From the NCBI GenBank assembly GCA_963662465.1, contig OY759599.1, forward strand, positions 3,808,001 to 3,872,000: a DNA stretch of 64,000 nucleotides. The letters run 5' to 3'. Of this stretch, positions 9,810 to 19,654 are shown piece by piece; the stretch's first letter is position 1; each line of letters opens with the position of its first letter. The position numbers were made by a program, and so were the translations under genes. The notes beneath the pieces are model-generated. The model searched no databases. It was not told the DNA's origin and was given only the letters and a program-made list of their open reading frames with translations. This DNA is from Desulfatiglandales bacterium. Its GTDB lineage: Bacteria > Desulfobacterota > DSM-4660 > Desulfatiglandales > Desulfatiglandaceae.

Positions 9810-11224
9810 TCAGACATCTCCCGGCCGGGAACCATGATGTCTCTGATTCCCAATCGCTCCATCTTTTCGTAAAGCCCTTTCCGTGATATGCCGAGTACTT
9901 TGGCTGCCAGGGTTTTGTTGGCATGGCATCGTTTCATGGTACTAATAATCAGATGGGTCTCCATATCCTTGAGGGTTGGGCCTTTAGCGGAAGGATCTCC
10001 CTGGATTTCCGGGCCGAAAGGTCCCTCCGCGTGAGATGCCCGGCATACAATTTTCCGGGGAAGATCTTCCATGGCCAGATAGGGTTTTTTGGAGAGAATA
10101 ACGGACCTGGCGAGAGCGTTTTTCAGCTCCCGGATATTGCCCGGCCAATGGTAGTCCATCAATGCCCGCATGGCTTCCGGGGATACCCCCTCCATGGCTC
10201 TCAGATACCGTCTGGCATATCGATTGACAAAATGCTCCACCAGAAGGGGAATGTCTTCCGTTCGCTCCCTGAGAGGGGGGAGGTGGATGGGAATGACTTC
10301 GATGCGGTACAGTAAATCGCTCATGAACCGGCCGGAAGCAATTTGTTCCTCAAGGTTCGCATTGGTAGCGGCCACCAGTCGTACATTGACCCTTTTTTCT
10401 CTGTGATCCCCCACAGGCTCAAAAGTGCCGTCCTGTAGAAATCTCAGAAACTTGGACTGGAGGTTCAAGGACATATGACCGATCTCATCCAGAAACAGGG
10501 TCCCCTTGTGCGCCGATTCAAGCCTCCCTTTTCTGTCTGCCAAGGCCCCCGTGAAGGCCCCCTTTGCATGACCGAACAGTTCCGCCTCCAGAAGACTTTC
10601 CGTGAGCGCCGCGCAATTGATGCAGACGATTGGTTTTTCCCGTCGCCCGGACTCTATGTGGAGTGCCCTGGCCAGGAGTTCTTTTCCGGTGCCGGTCTCT
10701 CCCGTGATGAGTACGGACGCGTCTGTTGGACCTACCGTATGCACCATCTCAAAGATATCCCGCATGGTGGAACTGGCCCCCAGAATGCCGTGAAAGCTGC
10801 TCTCCTTTCTAACCTGACGTTGTAAGGTCGCCAATTTGAGACTTATTTCCGCCTGACGGCAGGCATTGGACAACACAATGGGAAGTTCCTCATAATTGAG
10901 GGGTTTGATGAGATAATCCGTTACCCCTTCCTTGAGGGCCATAATCGCCGTTTCCACCGTGGCATAAGCGGTCATGATAATAAAAGGAGGTGTGGGACCG
11001 GCGTGAACCATGGACCGGTAAAGATCCAATCCGGTCATGCCCGGCATGTTCATGTCGGCCAGCACCACGTCGATGTCTGTGTTTTTCCCAAAAATTTTCA
11101 ACGCTTCCCCGCCGCTGGATGCTTTTAAAACCCGGTAGCCCTTATCGGCCAGAAACAGCATCAACACCTTCAGGGTGTTGATTCTGTCGTCCACCACAAG
11201 GATGGTCCTTTCCGATGCAATCAT
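9806..11224 (-). CDS. Sigma-54-dependent response regulator (NtrC family)
   Basis: REC domain, GETGTGKE, GAFTGA, LFLDEI, WPGNIREL, Fis-type HTH. Confidence 0.95.
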   Translation of the reverse strand: MIASERTILVVDDRINTLKVLMLFLADKGYRVLKASSGGEALKIFGKNTDIDVVLADMNMPGMTGLDLYRSMVHAGPTPPFIIMTAYATVETAIMALKEGVTDYLIKPLNYEELPIVLSNACRQAEISLKLATLQRQVRKESSFHGILGASSTMRDIFEMVHTVGPTDASVLITGETGTGKELLARALHIESGRREKPIVCINCAALTESLLEAELFGHAKGAFTGALADRKGRLESAHKGTLFLDEIGHMSLNLQSKFLRFLQDGTFEPVGDHREKRVNVRLVAATNANLEEQIASGRFMSDLLYRIEVIPIHLPPLRERTEDIPLLVEHFVNRYARRYLRAMEGVSPEAMRALMDYHWPGNIRELKNALARSVILSKKPYLAMEDLPRKIVCRASHAEGPFGPEIQGDPSAKGPTLKDMETHLIISTMKRCHANKTLAAKVLGISRKGLYEKMERLGIRDIMVPGREMSE

Positions 11225-11227
11225 TTT

Positions 11228-13051
11228 TTATGTCCTCCCGGTTCCGGCCACTGGCAGAAAAATGGTGACCTGGGTCCCCCTGCCCGCCTGGCTGTCGATC
11301 TGGATGGCGCCCCCATGGGCTTCGACAATGCCAAGGCTGAGGGGCAATCCCAGCCCCGTACCGTCCTCCTTTGTGGTGAAAAAAGGGTCAAACACGTTGG
11401 GCAAATCCTGATCGTTGATGCCGACGCCGTTATCTTTCACCACCAGCAGCAACTTTTGTCCACCGGCCATATCAAGAACGAGGGCGCCCACTTCAATTTC
11501 ACCCCCCTCCTTCAGTGCATCCATGGCATTGATGAAGAGATTGAGGAGAACCTGTTCCATCTGATGGGTATCCAGTTGCACCAGTGGGAGGGAGGGTTCC
11601 AGCCGATTTTGGAACCTGATGCCCTTCTTTTGCGCCTCCCCAGCCAATAGATCCTCCGTCCCCAGAATGATTTTATTGATCTCAACCGTCTCAAATCTGG
11701 GGGGCGCCTGTTTGGAGAAATACAAAAATTCCGATACCACCCGGTCCAGACGATCGATTTCCTCCGCCACCAACTGTGTATACTGCCGTATCAATGGTTC
11801 ATGCCCATATTTTTGTCCCAAATGAACCATGGCGCCCTTCATGGCATTCAACGGGTTTCGGATCTCATGAGCAACGCCGGCTGACAACCGTCCCAGGGAA
11901 ATGAGTTTTTCCGAGCGGACCAGTTCTTTTTGAATGCGGGAAAGGTTATTGACCATTCGGTTGAAGGAACGGGTCAAATCCCCTAATTCGTCGCTGGATT
12001 TTACCGGAATCATCTGACTCATGTCGCCGCCGGCCAGGCGGTTCGTAGCCGTCACCAATCTGCGTACGGGTCTCAGAAGATGGTATGAAAGGACAAATGC
12101 ACCCAGAAGGGTTACCAGAATCGTCGCCACAACCAGCTGAATGACCTTGGTTCTGATGGCCTGGGCTTCCTTGCCGAATTCCTCAATGGGAATGGTGACG
12201 GCCATGGACCAGTTCATGGTGGGAATGGGGGCAAAAGCCGCCACCTTCTTTCGGCCCTGGAAGGTGTATTCCTGCCATCCCGTGGCCCCCGCTGCCATGT
12301 CATTGGCCAAACGAACCAGGCTTTGGTCCGGACTGTTTTTGGCATCATACTCATATGGCCCATAGAAGGGATGGACCAGGGTTTTCCCCTCATTGTCCGT
12401 CAAAAATGAATACCCCTCTTCGCCGATGCGGATGGCGCCTATAAAATGCCTTATTTTTTTAAAATCAACATCAATCACGATAACGCCCGCAAATTCCTGC
12501 CAACCCGTAAAAAATGCCTTGCTGCAATGAACCACATACCCCTCCCGGTCCCGGCAATGGACCAGACCCGAAAAATGGACGCCCACGGGTCTCATGGATG
12601 GGTTTTTCCCGAAAAAAAGCTTCCGGCTTTGATCATCTAAGGGATTAACAGCGCCGGGGCCCCCTACGCTGATCAATTCCTCTTCATGTTCATTCAACAC
12701 CCGTATCCCGTAATAAAAGGGGGTGCGGGCGAGAATATCCTCAAACAATTTACGCAGGTTGTCCCGGTTGAATTCGGCTTCGGCCTCCAGACGAAACAAC
12801 CTGGCGAGATGATACTCGGCCAGGATCGGGGACCGCGAAATGGTGGTCAAATCAACCCGGCAATGATAGAAAATATCATCGATTTTGTTGGCGGCCGCTT
12901 CCACCTGGACCATTTGTTCCTGGCGAACCAAACGGTTGACCCTTTCCACCGAAGCCTGAATGGAGGAATAGCCCACCACCGCAACCGGCAGGCATACCAT
13001 GGGGATAATAAACATCAGCAATTTGCTGAAGATGGAAATGCGGATCCGCAA
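11228..13051 (-). CDS. Membrane sensor histidine kinase (Cache, HAMP, HisKA, HATPase)
   Basis: Two TM segments, HAMP (DELGDLTRSFNRM), AHEIRNPL, NAMDA, DNGVG, FFTTK, GTGLGL; GGAGG before the TTG start. Confidence 0.93.
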   Translation of the reverse strand: MRIRISIFSKLLMFIIPMVCLPVAVVGYSSIQASVERVNRLVRQEQMVQVEAAANKIDDIFYHCRVDLTTISRSPILAEYHLARLFRLEAEAEFNRDNLRKLFEDILARTPFYYGIRVLNEHEEELISVGGPGAVNPLDDQSRKLFFGKNPSMRPVGVHFSGLVHCRDREGYVVHCSKAFFTGWQEFAGVIVIDVDFKKIRHFIGAIRIGEEGYSFLTDNEGKTLVHPFYGPYEYDAKNSPDQSLVRLANDMAAGATGWQEYTFQGRKKVAAFAPIPTMNWSMAVTIPIEEFGKEAQAIRTKVIQLVVATILVTLLGAFVLSYHLLRPVRRLVTATNRLAGGDMSQMIPVKSSDELGDLTRSFNRMVNNLSRIQKELVRSEKLISLGRLSAGVAHEIRNPLNAMKGAMVHLGQKYGHEPLIRQYTQLVAEEIDRLDRVVSEFLYFSKQAPPRFETVEINKIILGTEDLLAGEAQKKGIRFQNRLEPSLPLVQLDTHQMEQVLLNLFINAMDALKEGGEIEVGALVLDMAGGQKLLLVVKDNGVGINDQDLPNVFDPFFTTKEDGTGLGLPLSLGIVEAHGGAIQIDSQAGRGTQVTIFLPVAGTGRT

Positions 13052-13292
13052 ATGTTGCCTCCATCCACCCTTTCCGGGTAGGACTTACCGTAGGGGCTCA
13101 CCGTTCCCCTGTTTTCATCGAAAATCAATTCTTACCCCTTTTCGCTTTTAGAGTCAATTCCGGCAAAAGCGCCTGGATTTTATCTAAGTAGGGTCTGACG
13201 ACTTTGGTTTGACATTTGGTCATGCTTGTATAAAACTGTGAGGAAGTAACAACGAAGCGTTGTTCCCTAAATTGACGACCAGGAGATTGAAA

Positions 13293-14576
13293 ATGGAGCA
13301 TCTGCCGGCGGAAAACATTTTTTTGAACAGGGCGCGGGAAACAATGAATTGGAAAAAGCGTCGTGACCGTTTGGACCGGCGGTTTGCGGCAACGGTTGCC
13401 CACGCTTATGGGCAATCGAAGGCCTACCGTGAAATGTTTGATGCGGCGGGTATTGACGTTTCGAACATCCGCGGTCTCGATGATCTGGAAACCCTTCCCA
13501 TCCTGAGGATGGCGGGTCTTGCGGAGCGTCAGCAGAAAGATCCGCCATTTGGTGGGTTCAATACCGTCAACCCCGAAGACCTTCAAAGAATATATGTGAA
13601 TCCCGGATTTATCCTGCAGCCGGGCGAACGGCAATACGAGGACACGTCATGGGCCGAAGCGCTTTGCGGGGCCGGGTTTTCCGCCGGAGACCGGATTATC
13701 AATACCTTTAACTATCATCTCTGGCCGTTGGCTTTCATGTTGGATGAATCCGTGAAAATGATTGGCGGAACGGTTGTTCCCACGGGCGTCGGCAACACCA
13801 TGATGCAAGCTCGGATCATGCAGAAACTAAAGGTCAACGGATTTGTGGGAACCCCCAGTTTCCTGATGACCATTATTCAGCGGGCCGAGGGGATGGGACT
13901 CGATTTCAAGAAGGATATGGCGTTGAAAAAGGCGTTTGTGGGCGCTGAAATGCTGCCTGAATCCATGCGGTTACGGTTGGAACATAGACTTGAAATGACC
14001 ATCCGGGAGGCGTATGGTACAGTTCTTCTGGGATGCATTGGGTATGAGTGCGGGCATAGAACGGGTCTCCATGTCCCGGACGGCATGGTGGTGGAGGTGG
14101 TGGATCCTCACACGGGAAAAGGAGTGAAAGAAGGGGCGATGGGCGAAATTGTTGCCACGAATTTCAATGAAACCTACCCCATGATCCGCATGGCTACCGG
14201 GGATCTTTCCGTATTGACCCACCAAGGGTGCTCTTGCGGGCGAACCGGTCCCATGTTAAAGAAGATATTGGGCCGGACCGATCAGGCCGCCAAGGTGAAA
14301 GGAACCTTTATTCACCCCTGGCAGACGGATGAGGTGATGCACCGGTTTCCCGAAGTGTTCAAGTACCAGGTGGTGATCACACGGAAAGAATTGAAGGATG
14401 TGATGACCTTTGTGGTGGAGTTGAAAGAAGATATGGCCGAAACCTCCGTGTTTGGCGCACGCATGGAGCGGGATATCAAGGACCTCCTGACCGTCAGAGG
14501 GTTCGTTCGGATTGTGTCTCGGGGAACCATTCCCGATTTCCACAAAAAAATTGATGACCGGCGAACCTGGGAATGA
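13293..14576 (+). CDS. Phenylacetate-CoA ligase family protein (PaaK-like)
   Basis: GGTVVPTG, GTPSFL, GAEM, IGYEC, PMIRMATGDL, CSCGRT; SD AGGAG before ATG 13293. Confidence 0.82.
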   Translation: MEHLPAENIFLNRARETMNWKKRRDRLDRRFAATVAHAYGQSKAYREMFDAAGIDVSNIRGLDDLETLPILRMAGLAERQQKDPPFGGFNTVNPEDLQRIYVNPGFILQPGERQYEDTSWAEALCGAGFSAGDRIINTFNYHLWPLAFMLDESVKMIGGTVVPTGVGNTMMQARIMQKLKVNGFVGTPSFLMTIIQRAEGMGLDFKKDMALKKAFVGAEMLPESMRLRLEHRLEMTIREAYGTVLLGCIGYECGHRTGLHVPDGMVVEVVDPHTGKGVKEGAMGEIVATNFNETYPMIRMATGDLSVLTHQGCSCGRTGPMLKKILGRTDQAAKVKGTFIHPWQTDEVMHRFPEVFKYQVVITRKELKDVMTFVVELKEDMAETSVFGARMERDIKDLLTVRGFVRIVSRGTIPDFHKKIDDRRTWE

Positions 14577-14602
14577 CGCCCTTGGCTGGGAGATGGAATG
14601 CA

Positions 14603-15106
14603 ATGGAAAAGGTGAAAATCGGCGGCATCATGCAAAGCGACGGGCGGGCCCTGGTAAAGATCATGTCCGTACCCGATCATGTGGGTGTGGCCGGCGCCGT
14701 TCTGGGCGCCATGGGAAAGCATCATATCAATATAGAATTGCTGGTGGAAAGCTTTGACCTGGATGACTGCGGCAATTTTGCGATGGTCATTGACCAAAAA
14801 GATCTGGATCAGGCTCTTTTGGCACTGGAAGAAATAAAACCCGCCACCCATGCCAAGGCCGTTTCCTATGCGCCGGATGTAGCGGTCATTACGGTTTTTG
14901 CCCCCCATTTAAGGGAGAAACCCTTTGTTCATGGCGCCATGTTCGCTTCATTGGCCGCCGAGGGCATCAGTTCTCTTGCCATCTGTACCTCCATTTCGAG
15001 TATCTCCTGTGTGGTGGAAGGGCAATATATGGCGATGGCGGTTTTATCCCTTGAACAGGTGTTCATTACCCCATCCCAGGTGAAGGAGCGGCCCAAGGAT
15101 TATTAG
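14603..15106 (+). CDS. Tandem ACT-domain protein (aspartokinase beta-like)
   Basis: VPDHVGVAGAVLGAMGKHHINIE and MFASLAAEGIS...TSISSISCVV ACT repeats. Confidence 0.78.
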   Translation: MEKVKIGGIMQSDGRALVKIMSVPDHVGVAGAVLGAMGKHHINIELLVESFDLDDCGNFAMVIDQKDLDQALLALEEIKPATHAKAVSYAPDVAVITVFAPHLREKPFVHGAMFASLAAEGISSLAICTSISSISCVVEGQYMAMAVLSLEQVFITPSQVKERPKDY

Positions 15107-15116
15107 GAGGTCCAAC

Positions 15117-16253
15117 ATTAAATCGATCATCCTTCAAAATATTCTGGAAAGTATTCCGGTCGGTCTTCTGGTAATTAACCCCGATGGCGAGATTGTCACC
15201 AGCAATCAGTCGGCTTCGGTGATCCTGGGGTATCCCTGCTGCATGTTCGAAGGAAAGGGGTGGGGCGACCTGTTTCTGGAGGATTTGAGAAATCTGGCAT
15301 TTAACCAGGTTATACTGGATGTAATTCAGGAAAAAAAGGTAAATCTCCATCGCAGGGTCTCCTATGTACAACCGGGGGGTAAGATCCTTCAATTGTCCAT
15401 TAGGGGATCTTTTTTAAGGGAGGATGACGCGATCGCGGGCATTGTCCTGATCCTTCATGACGTAAGTGAGTTGACACGGCTCCATGACCGTGAAAAAAAG
15501 GTCTTGAAGGAAAAACACCGTTTGGAGCGGGAGCGGGCTGAAGGATTGACGCGGCTGGCCCTGGCCATTGCCCACCAGATCCGTAATCCCGTGATGTCCA
15601 TCGGGGGATTTGCCGTGCGAATCCTCAAAAAAATCAATGGAAATGCCACGATAACCGCTTACTTGAAAAATATTTTGAGCGATGCACGGCGGCTTGAAGA
15701 GATTGTAAAGGTGGTCAGCAATTACACCCGGATTCCTACGCCGGCCCCTGTAAGGGTTTCTCTTTCAGCTATCTTTGAAAAAGAGATGTTGCGGCTTCAG
15801 GGGAAAGCCTCCGAACTTTCAAAAACGGTCACGGGGTCTCTCCAGCTTGTGGTGACTGAGTTTATGGTTGATCCGGCGCTTTTTTCAAGAGCGATTTATG
15901 AGGTGTTGTTAAATGCTCTGGAGTTTTCAAAAAGCGAGGGATGCGCCGTCAAAATTTTTGTGACAGCGGATCAAAACGGCTTGTTGGTAGAAATCATCGA
16001 TGACGGCATCGGCATTTCGGAAAAAGATATGCCCTATGTTTTTGATCCATTTTTCACCTCCAAGGCCGTCGGGGTCGGCATGGGTCTGTGTCATGTGCGG
16101 CGGATTATCGGCGAGCATGGGGGGGGTGTACGGATTGACAGCGCGCCCGGAAAAGGCGCCAGAGTGATCATAAGGCTCCCCAACCGGTTATTGGAACCGG
16201 TTTTAACAACATCAGGCATGGAGGAAATAATGGATGTTGCCAAAAAAAAATGA
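15117..16253 (+). CDS. Cytoplasmic PAS-domain sensor histidine kinase
   Basis: PAS N-terminus ILESIPVGLLVINPDGEI is in frame upstream of GTG 15219; AHQIRNP, NALE, DDGIG, FFTSK, GMGL; start inferred at ATT 15117 after AGGAGG. Confidence 0.85.
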   Translation: MKSIILQNILESIPVGLLVINPDGEIVTSNQSASVILGYPCCMFEGKGWGDLFLEDLRNLAFNQVILDVIQEKKVNLHRRVSYVQPGGKILQLSIRGSFLREDDAIAGIVLILHDVSELTRLHDREKKVLKEKHRLERERAEGLTRLALAIAHQIRNPVMSIGGFAVRILKKINGNATITAYLKNILSDARRLEEIVKVVSNYTRIPTPAPVRVSLSAIFEKEMLRLQGKASELSKTVTGSLQLVVTEFMVDPALFSRAIYEVLLNALEFSKSEGCAVKIFVTADQNGLLVEIIDDGIGISEKDMPYVFDPFFTSKAVGVGMGLCHVRRIIGEHGGGVRIDSAPGKGARVIIRLPNRLLEPVLTTSGMEEIMDVAKKK

Positions 16254-16668
16254 TACGGTAACACGAAATTATCATGTTTTCCTGTTGCTTTTGGTCTGTT
16301 GCATGGTCTATTCCTGCACCAGCCCCTACAGGGGGAAAGAATGCGTCGATGTCAGGGAGATTGTCTGGGATTGTCAGTCTTATTGCGAAAATTCTAAAGA
16401 TCAGGGCATAACCGACCCCATGGCGTGCAAGGGGGGATGCTGGTTGATATCCGAATATGCAAAGCCATTGTTCCGTGAAATCGTCAGCATCGGCATGTGT
16501 GTGGAGCCGGACTATACCACCCGGTGTTGCGCGGCGCTGGATGAGGCACTCAGGGAATGCATGGATGAAAACAGGGAAGTGATGACCTGGGATGTGGAAG
16601 CGGGTGTGTTCAAGTTTGTGCATGATCTGGAAGACCGTTGTTTCAAGCTCTCTGAAAACGGCACTTGA
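16234..16668 (+). CDS. Cysteine-rich hypothetical lipoprotein
   Basis: Hydrophobic stretch plus lipobox-like VYS-C; many Cys; in operon. Confidence 0.55.
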   Translation: MLPKKNDTVTRNYHVFLLLLVCCMVYSCTSPYRGKECVDVREIVWDCQSYCENSKDQGITDPMACKGGCWLISEYAKPLFREIVSIGMCVEPDYTTRCCAALDEALRECMDENREVMTWDVEAGVFKFVHDLEDRCFKLSENGT

Positions 16669-16681
16669 GTAAACAATAGGG

Positions 16682-17260
16682 ATGGGGAGGACCGGAATGG
16701 GAAAAGGATTGCTCTTTTGGGCGGTCGTGGTGGTACTTTTTTTCGGCGCCTGTGCGTCGTCGAAACCCGTATTCAAGGGGGGGTCGTCTGAGACGGAGGT
16801 TGCCTCCGAAGGGGAACCCAACCTGGTGAGGGTGAGTTACAACCTGGCCGATAGCCTGATCCTCAATCTGAGGGAACCGCTGGCCCGTGATAAAACCATC
16901 CTGGTGGCCTCTTTTGTGGATGTCCGGTATATGCAGCGGTCATCCAATTTTGGTCGAATGATGGCGGAATACATTTGTTCCCGTCTGGGGCAGAAGGGCT
17001 ATAAAGTCATTGAGATAAAGCTTCGAAATGCTGTCTATGTCAAGGAGAAGGGCGGCGAATTCCTGCTGAGCCGTGCCGTCAAAGAGATTTCAGATGCCCA
17101 TGACGCCCAGGCGGTGGTGGTGGGCACTTACGCCCAAGCCATGACGAATGTGTATATTTCAACGCGGGTTGTTCAAGCCGACAACGGAGAAATTATTTCA
17201 TCATGCGACATCAAACTGCCCCTGGATATCGGTCTCAGGTCCATGCTGCATTCATCCTGA
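16682..17260 (+). CDS. FlgO-family outer membrane lipoprotein
   Basis: Lipobox FGA-C; ILVASFVD...SNFGR...GEFLLSR...VVVGTY pattern. Confidence 0.78.
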   Translation: MGRTGMGKGLLFWAVVVVLFFGACASSKPVFKGGSSETEVASEGEPNLVRVSYNLADSLILNLREPLARDKTILVASFVDVRYMQRSSNFGRMMAEYICSRLGQKGYKVIEIKLRNAVYVKEKGGEFLLSRAVKEISDAHDAQAVVVGTYAQAMTNVYISTRVVQADNGEIISSCDIKLPLDIGLRSMLHSS

Positions 17261-17317
17261 AACGGTACGGGCCCATAACCGGGAGCAGGTTGGGCGGTGC
17301 CAATGGGAGAAAACGGG

Positions 17318-17665
17318 ATGGAGATAGCGGAAGAAAATGTTAATGACCTTAGTGTGATAACGCTAAACGGGCGATTGGATGCAGGGACCGCGAAACGCCT
17401 GCTGGCCTGTGTAAAAGAACTGGTGAAGTGCAATCGGCTCAACATCATACTTGATATGAGCGGTGTGGCGTTTATTGACAGCGCGGGAGTGGGCATTCTT
17501 CTGGCCTCTTACCGGGCGGTTGACGCTCAGGGCGGCGTTATGAAAATATGTGCCATTCAGAACCAGGTAAAGAGCGTCTTCAGCCTGACGCGGCTGGGGG
17601 AATTTTTCGAGCTTTTTGATGACCGGGCTTCCGCTGTAAAGGATTTTGATGCGGTTCTTCCGTAG
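17318..17665 (+). CDS. STAS-domain anti-sigma factor antagonist
   Basis: GRLDA, LDMSGVAFIDSAGVG, VFSLTRL. Confidence 0.9.
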   Translation: MEIAEENVNDLSVITLNGRLDAGTAKRLLACVKELVKCNRLNIILDMSGVAFIDSAGVGILLASYRAVDAQGGVMKICAIQNQVKSVFSLTRLGEFFELFDDRASAVKDFDAVLP

Positions 17666-17726
17666 ATCCCGGTTTCTTTGAAAAGCCATGCAGGATTATG
17701 AACATCATTGTAAGAGGTAACAGCGA

Positions 17727-18602
17727 ATGAAAATTCTGATTTCGGGTGGCACCGGGCAATTGGGACGGGATTGCACAACGGTTCTGGAAAAAAACCACCA
17801 GGTGATCCCTGTAGGTTCAAAAGCCCTTGATATTGGGGACGGTACGGCGGTAAATGCGTTTGTTCAGGATTTGCAGCCGGATGTGATCTTAAATTGCGCG
17901 GCATTTACCAGGGTGGATGACTGCGAAACAAAAAAGGAATTGGCCTGGCGGGTCAATGTGGAAGGGCCCAGGAATCTGGCGGCGGCAGCCGCGAATCGGG
18001 GGGCGCGGTTGATCCATATTTCAACGGACTATGTGTTTGATGGAAAAAAGCCGGTTCCGGAATATTATACGGAAACGGATAATCCCCATCCCATTTCCTA
18101 CTATGGTCTCACAAAGCTGGCGGCGGAGAAGGCTGTTATCGGGGAAACGGACCGTTACACGATTCTGCGCACAGCCTGGTTATATGGGGCGCAAGGGCAA
18201 AATTTTCTTAAAACCATGCTGAGACTGGCGCTTCAAGATCCCCAAAAAGCGATCAAAGTGGTCAATGATCAGTTCGGTTCTCCCACCTGGTCCTACCGAT
18301 TGGCGGAGCAGATTGAAAAAGTGATGGATGCGGATATGAGTGGTATCTTTCATGCCACATCAGCCGACTATTGCACCTGGTATGAACTGGCGACAGTATT
18401 CCTTCATGAAATGAGCATCCCCAACGCTTTTGTTCCCTGCACCACCGCCGAATATCCCACCCCCGCAGCCAGGCCCGCCAACTCAATCCTGGAAAATCAG
18501 CGGTTGAAGGAAACGGGCCTCCATATCATGCGGGATTGGCGGGCGGACCTGATGCAATTTGTTACCCTGTTCAAAGACCGTTTGCTCGATGAGGTGAAAT
18601 AA
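17727..18602 (+). CDS. rfbD: dTDP-4-dehydrorhamnose reductase
   Basis: GGTGQLG, NCAAFTRVD, STDYVFDG, YGLTK, DQFGSPT, PAARP. Confidence 0.95.
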   Translation: MKILISGGTGQLGRDCTTVLEKNHQVIPVGSKALDIGDGTAVNAFVQDLQPDVILNCAAFTRVDDCETKKELAWRVNVEGPRNLAAAAANRGARLIHISTDYVFDGKKPVPEYYTETDNPHPISYYGLTKLAAEKAVIGETDRYTILRTAWLYGAQGQNFLKTMLRLALQDPQKAIKVVNDQFGSPTWSYRLAEQIEKVMDADMSGIFHATSADYCTWYELATVFLHEMSIPNAFVPCTTAEYPTPAARPANSILENQRLKETGLHIMRDWRADLMQFVTLFKDRLLDEVK

Positions 18603-19654
18603 TGGAAAATATGCTGGTAACCGGTGGATGTGGTTTCATCGGGGCTAATTTTATTCGATATCTTTTGGACGAAAGCGACTTCAAGGGCCGCATCATCAAT
18701 GTGGACGCCCTGACCTATGCGGGAAATCCCGAAAGCCTGATGGATATGGCGGAAAAATACAAAGATCGCTATGTCTTTGTGAAAGCGGATATATGCGACC
18801 GGGAACGAATGAACGACCTGTTCGATGCATACAATCCGGATTCGGTCTGCCATTTTGCCGCCGAATCCCATGTGGACCGATCCATTGTGGGGCCCGGCGC
18901 TTTTATTCAGACCAATATCGTGGGGACCTTCAACCTGCTGGAAGCGGCTAGGAACCATGCAGACCAAATTAAACTTTTTCACCACATCAGCACCGATGAG
19001 GTGTTTGGAAGCCTCAGCGCCGAAGGTCTGTTTACGGAAACCACCCCATACCAACCCAACAGTCCCTACTCCGCTTCCAAGGCCTCTTCCGATCACCTGG
19101 TGCGGGCCTACCACGAAACCTACGGCCTACCCGTTACCATCAGCAATTGCTCCAATAATTACGGCCCCTACCAGTTTCCCGAAAAACTGATCCCCCTGGT
19201 CATCCTCAACGCCATGGAGAATAAGGCCCTTCCCATCTACGGAGATGGTCTGAATGTGAGGGACTGGCTTTACGTGCGGGACCATTGTACGGCAGTCTGG
19301 ACCATCATGAAAAGTGGAAAAAGAGGGGAAACCTACAACATCGGCGGCAACACCGAAATGGAAAACATTCGGATCGTGGAGACCATCTGTGATTTGATCG
19401 ATGATCTTCCCGCCATGGAAACAATGCCCTCCCGGCGAACGTTGATTACCTACGTAAAAGACCGCCCAGGCCATGATCGCCGATATGCCATCGATGCCGG
19501 CAAGTTGTACAAGGAACTGGGATGGGTTCCGGAAGAATCCTTTCAAACGGGAATCGCGAAAACCCTTACATGGTATCTGGATCACCCCTTATGGATTGAC
19601 CGTGTCAGGAGCGGGGCGTATCAGGAGTGGATACGTGAGCACTATGACAGATAA
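18602..19654 (+). CDS. rfbB: dTDP-glucose 4,6-dehydratase
   Basis: TGGCGFIG, AAESHVDRS, STDEVFG, SPYSASK, CSNNYGP, DRPGHDRRY. Confidence 0.96.
   Translation: MENMLVTGGCGFIGANFIRYLLDESDFKGRIINVDALTYAGNPESLMDMAEKYKDRYVFVKADICDRERMNDLFDAYNPDSVCHFAAESHVDRSIVGPGAFIQTNIVGTFNLLEAARNHADQIKLFHHISTDEVFGSLSAEGLFTETTPYQPNSPYSASKASSDHLVRAYHETYGLPVTISNCSNNYGPYQFPEKLIPLVILNAMENKALPIYGDGLNVRDWLYVRDHCTAVWTIMKSGKRGETYNIGGNTEMENIRIVETICDLIDDLPAMETMPSRRTLITYVKDRPGHDRRYAIDAGKLYKELGWVPEESFQTGIAKTLTWYLDHPLWIDRVRSGAYQEWIREHYDR

Noticed and set aside
16220..16253. Possible A9 slippage at the lipoprotein start
   Set aside because: An in-frame ATG at 16234 explains the gene without a frameshift
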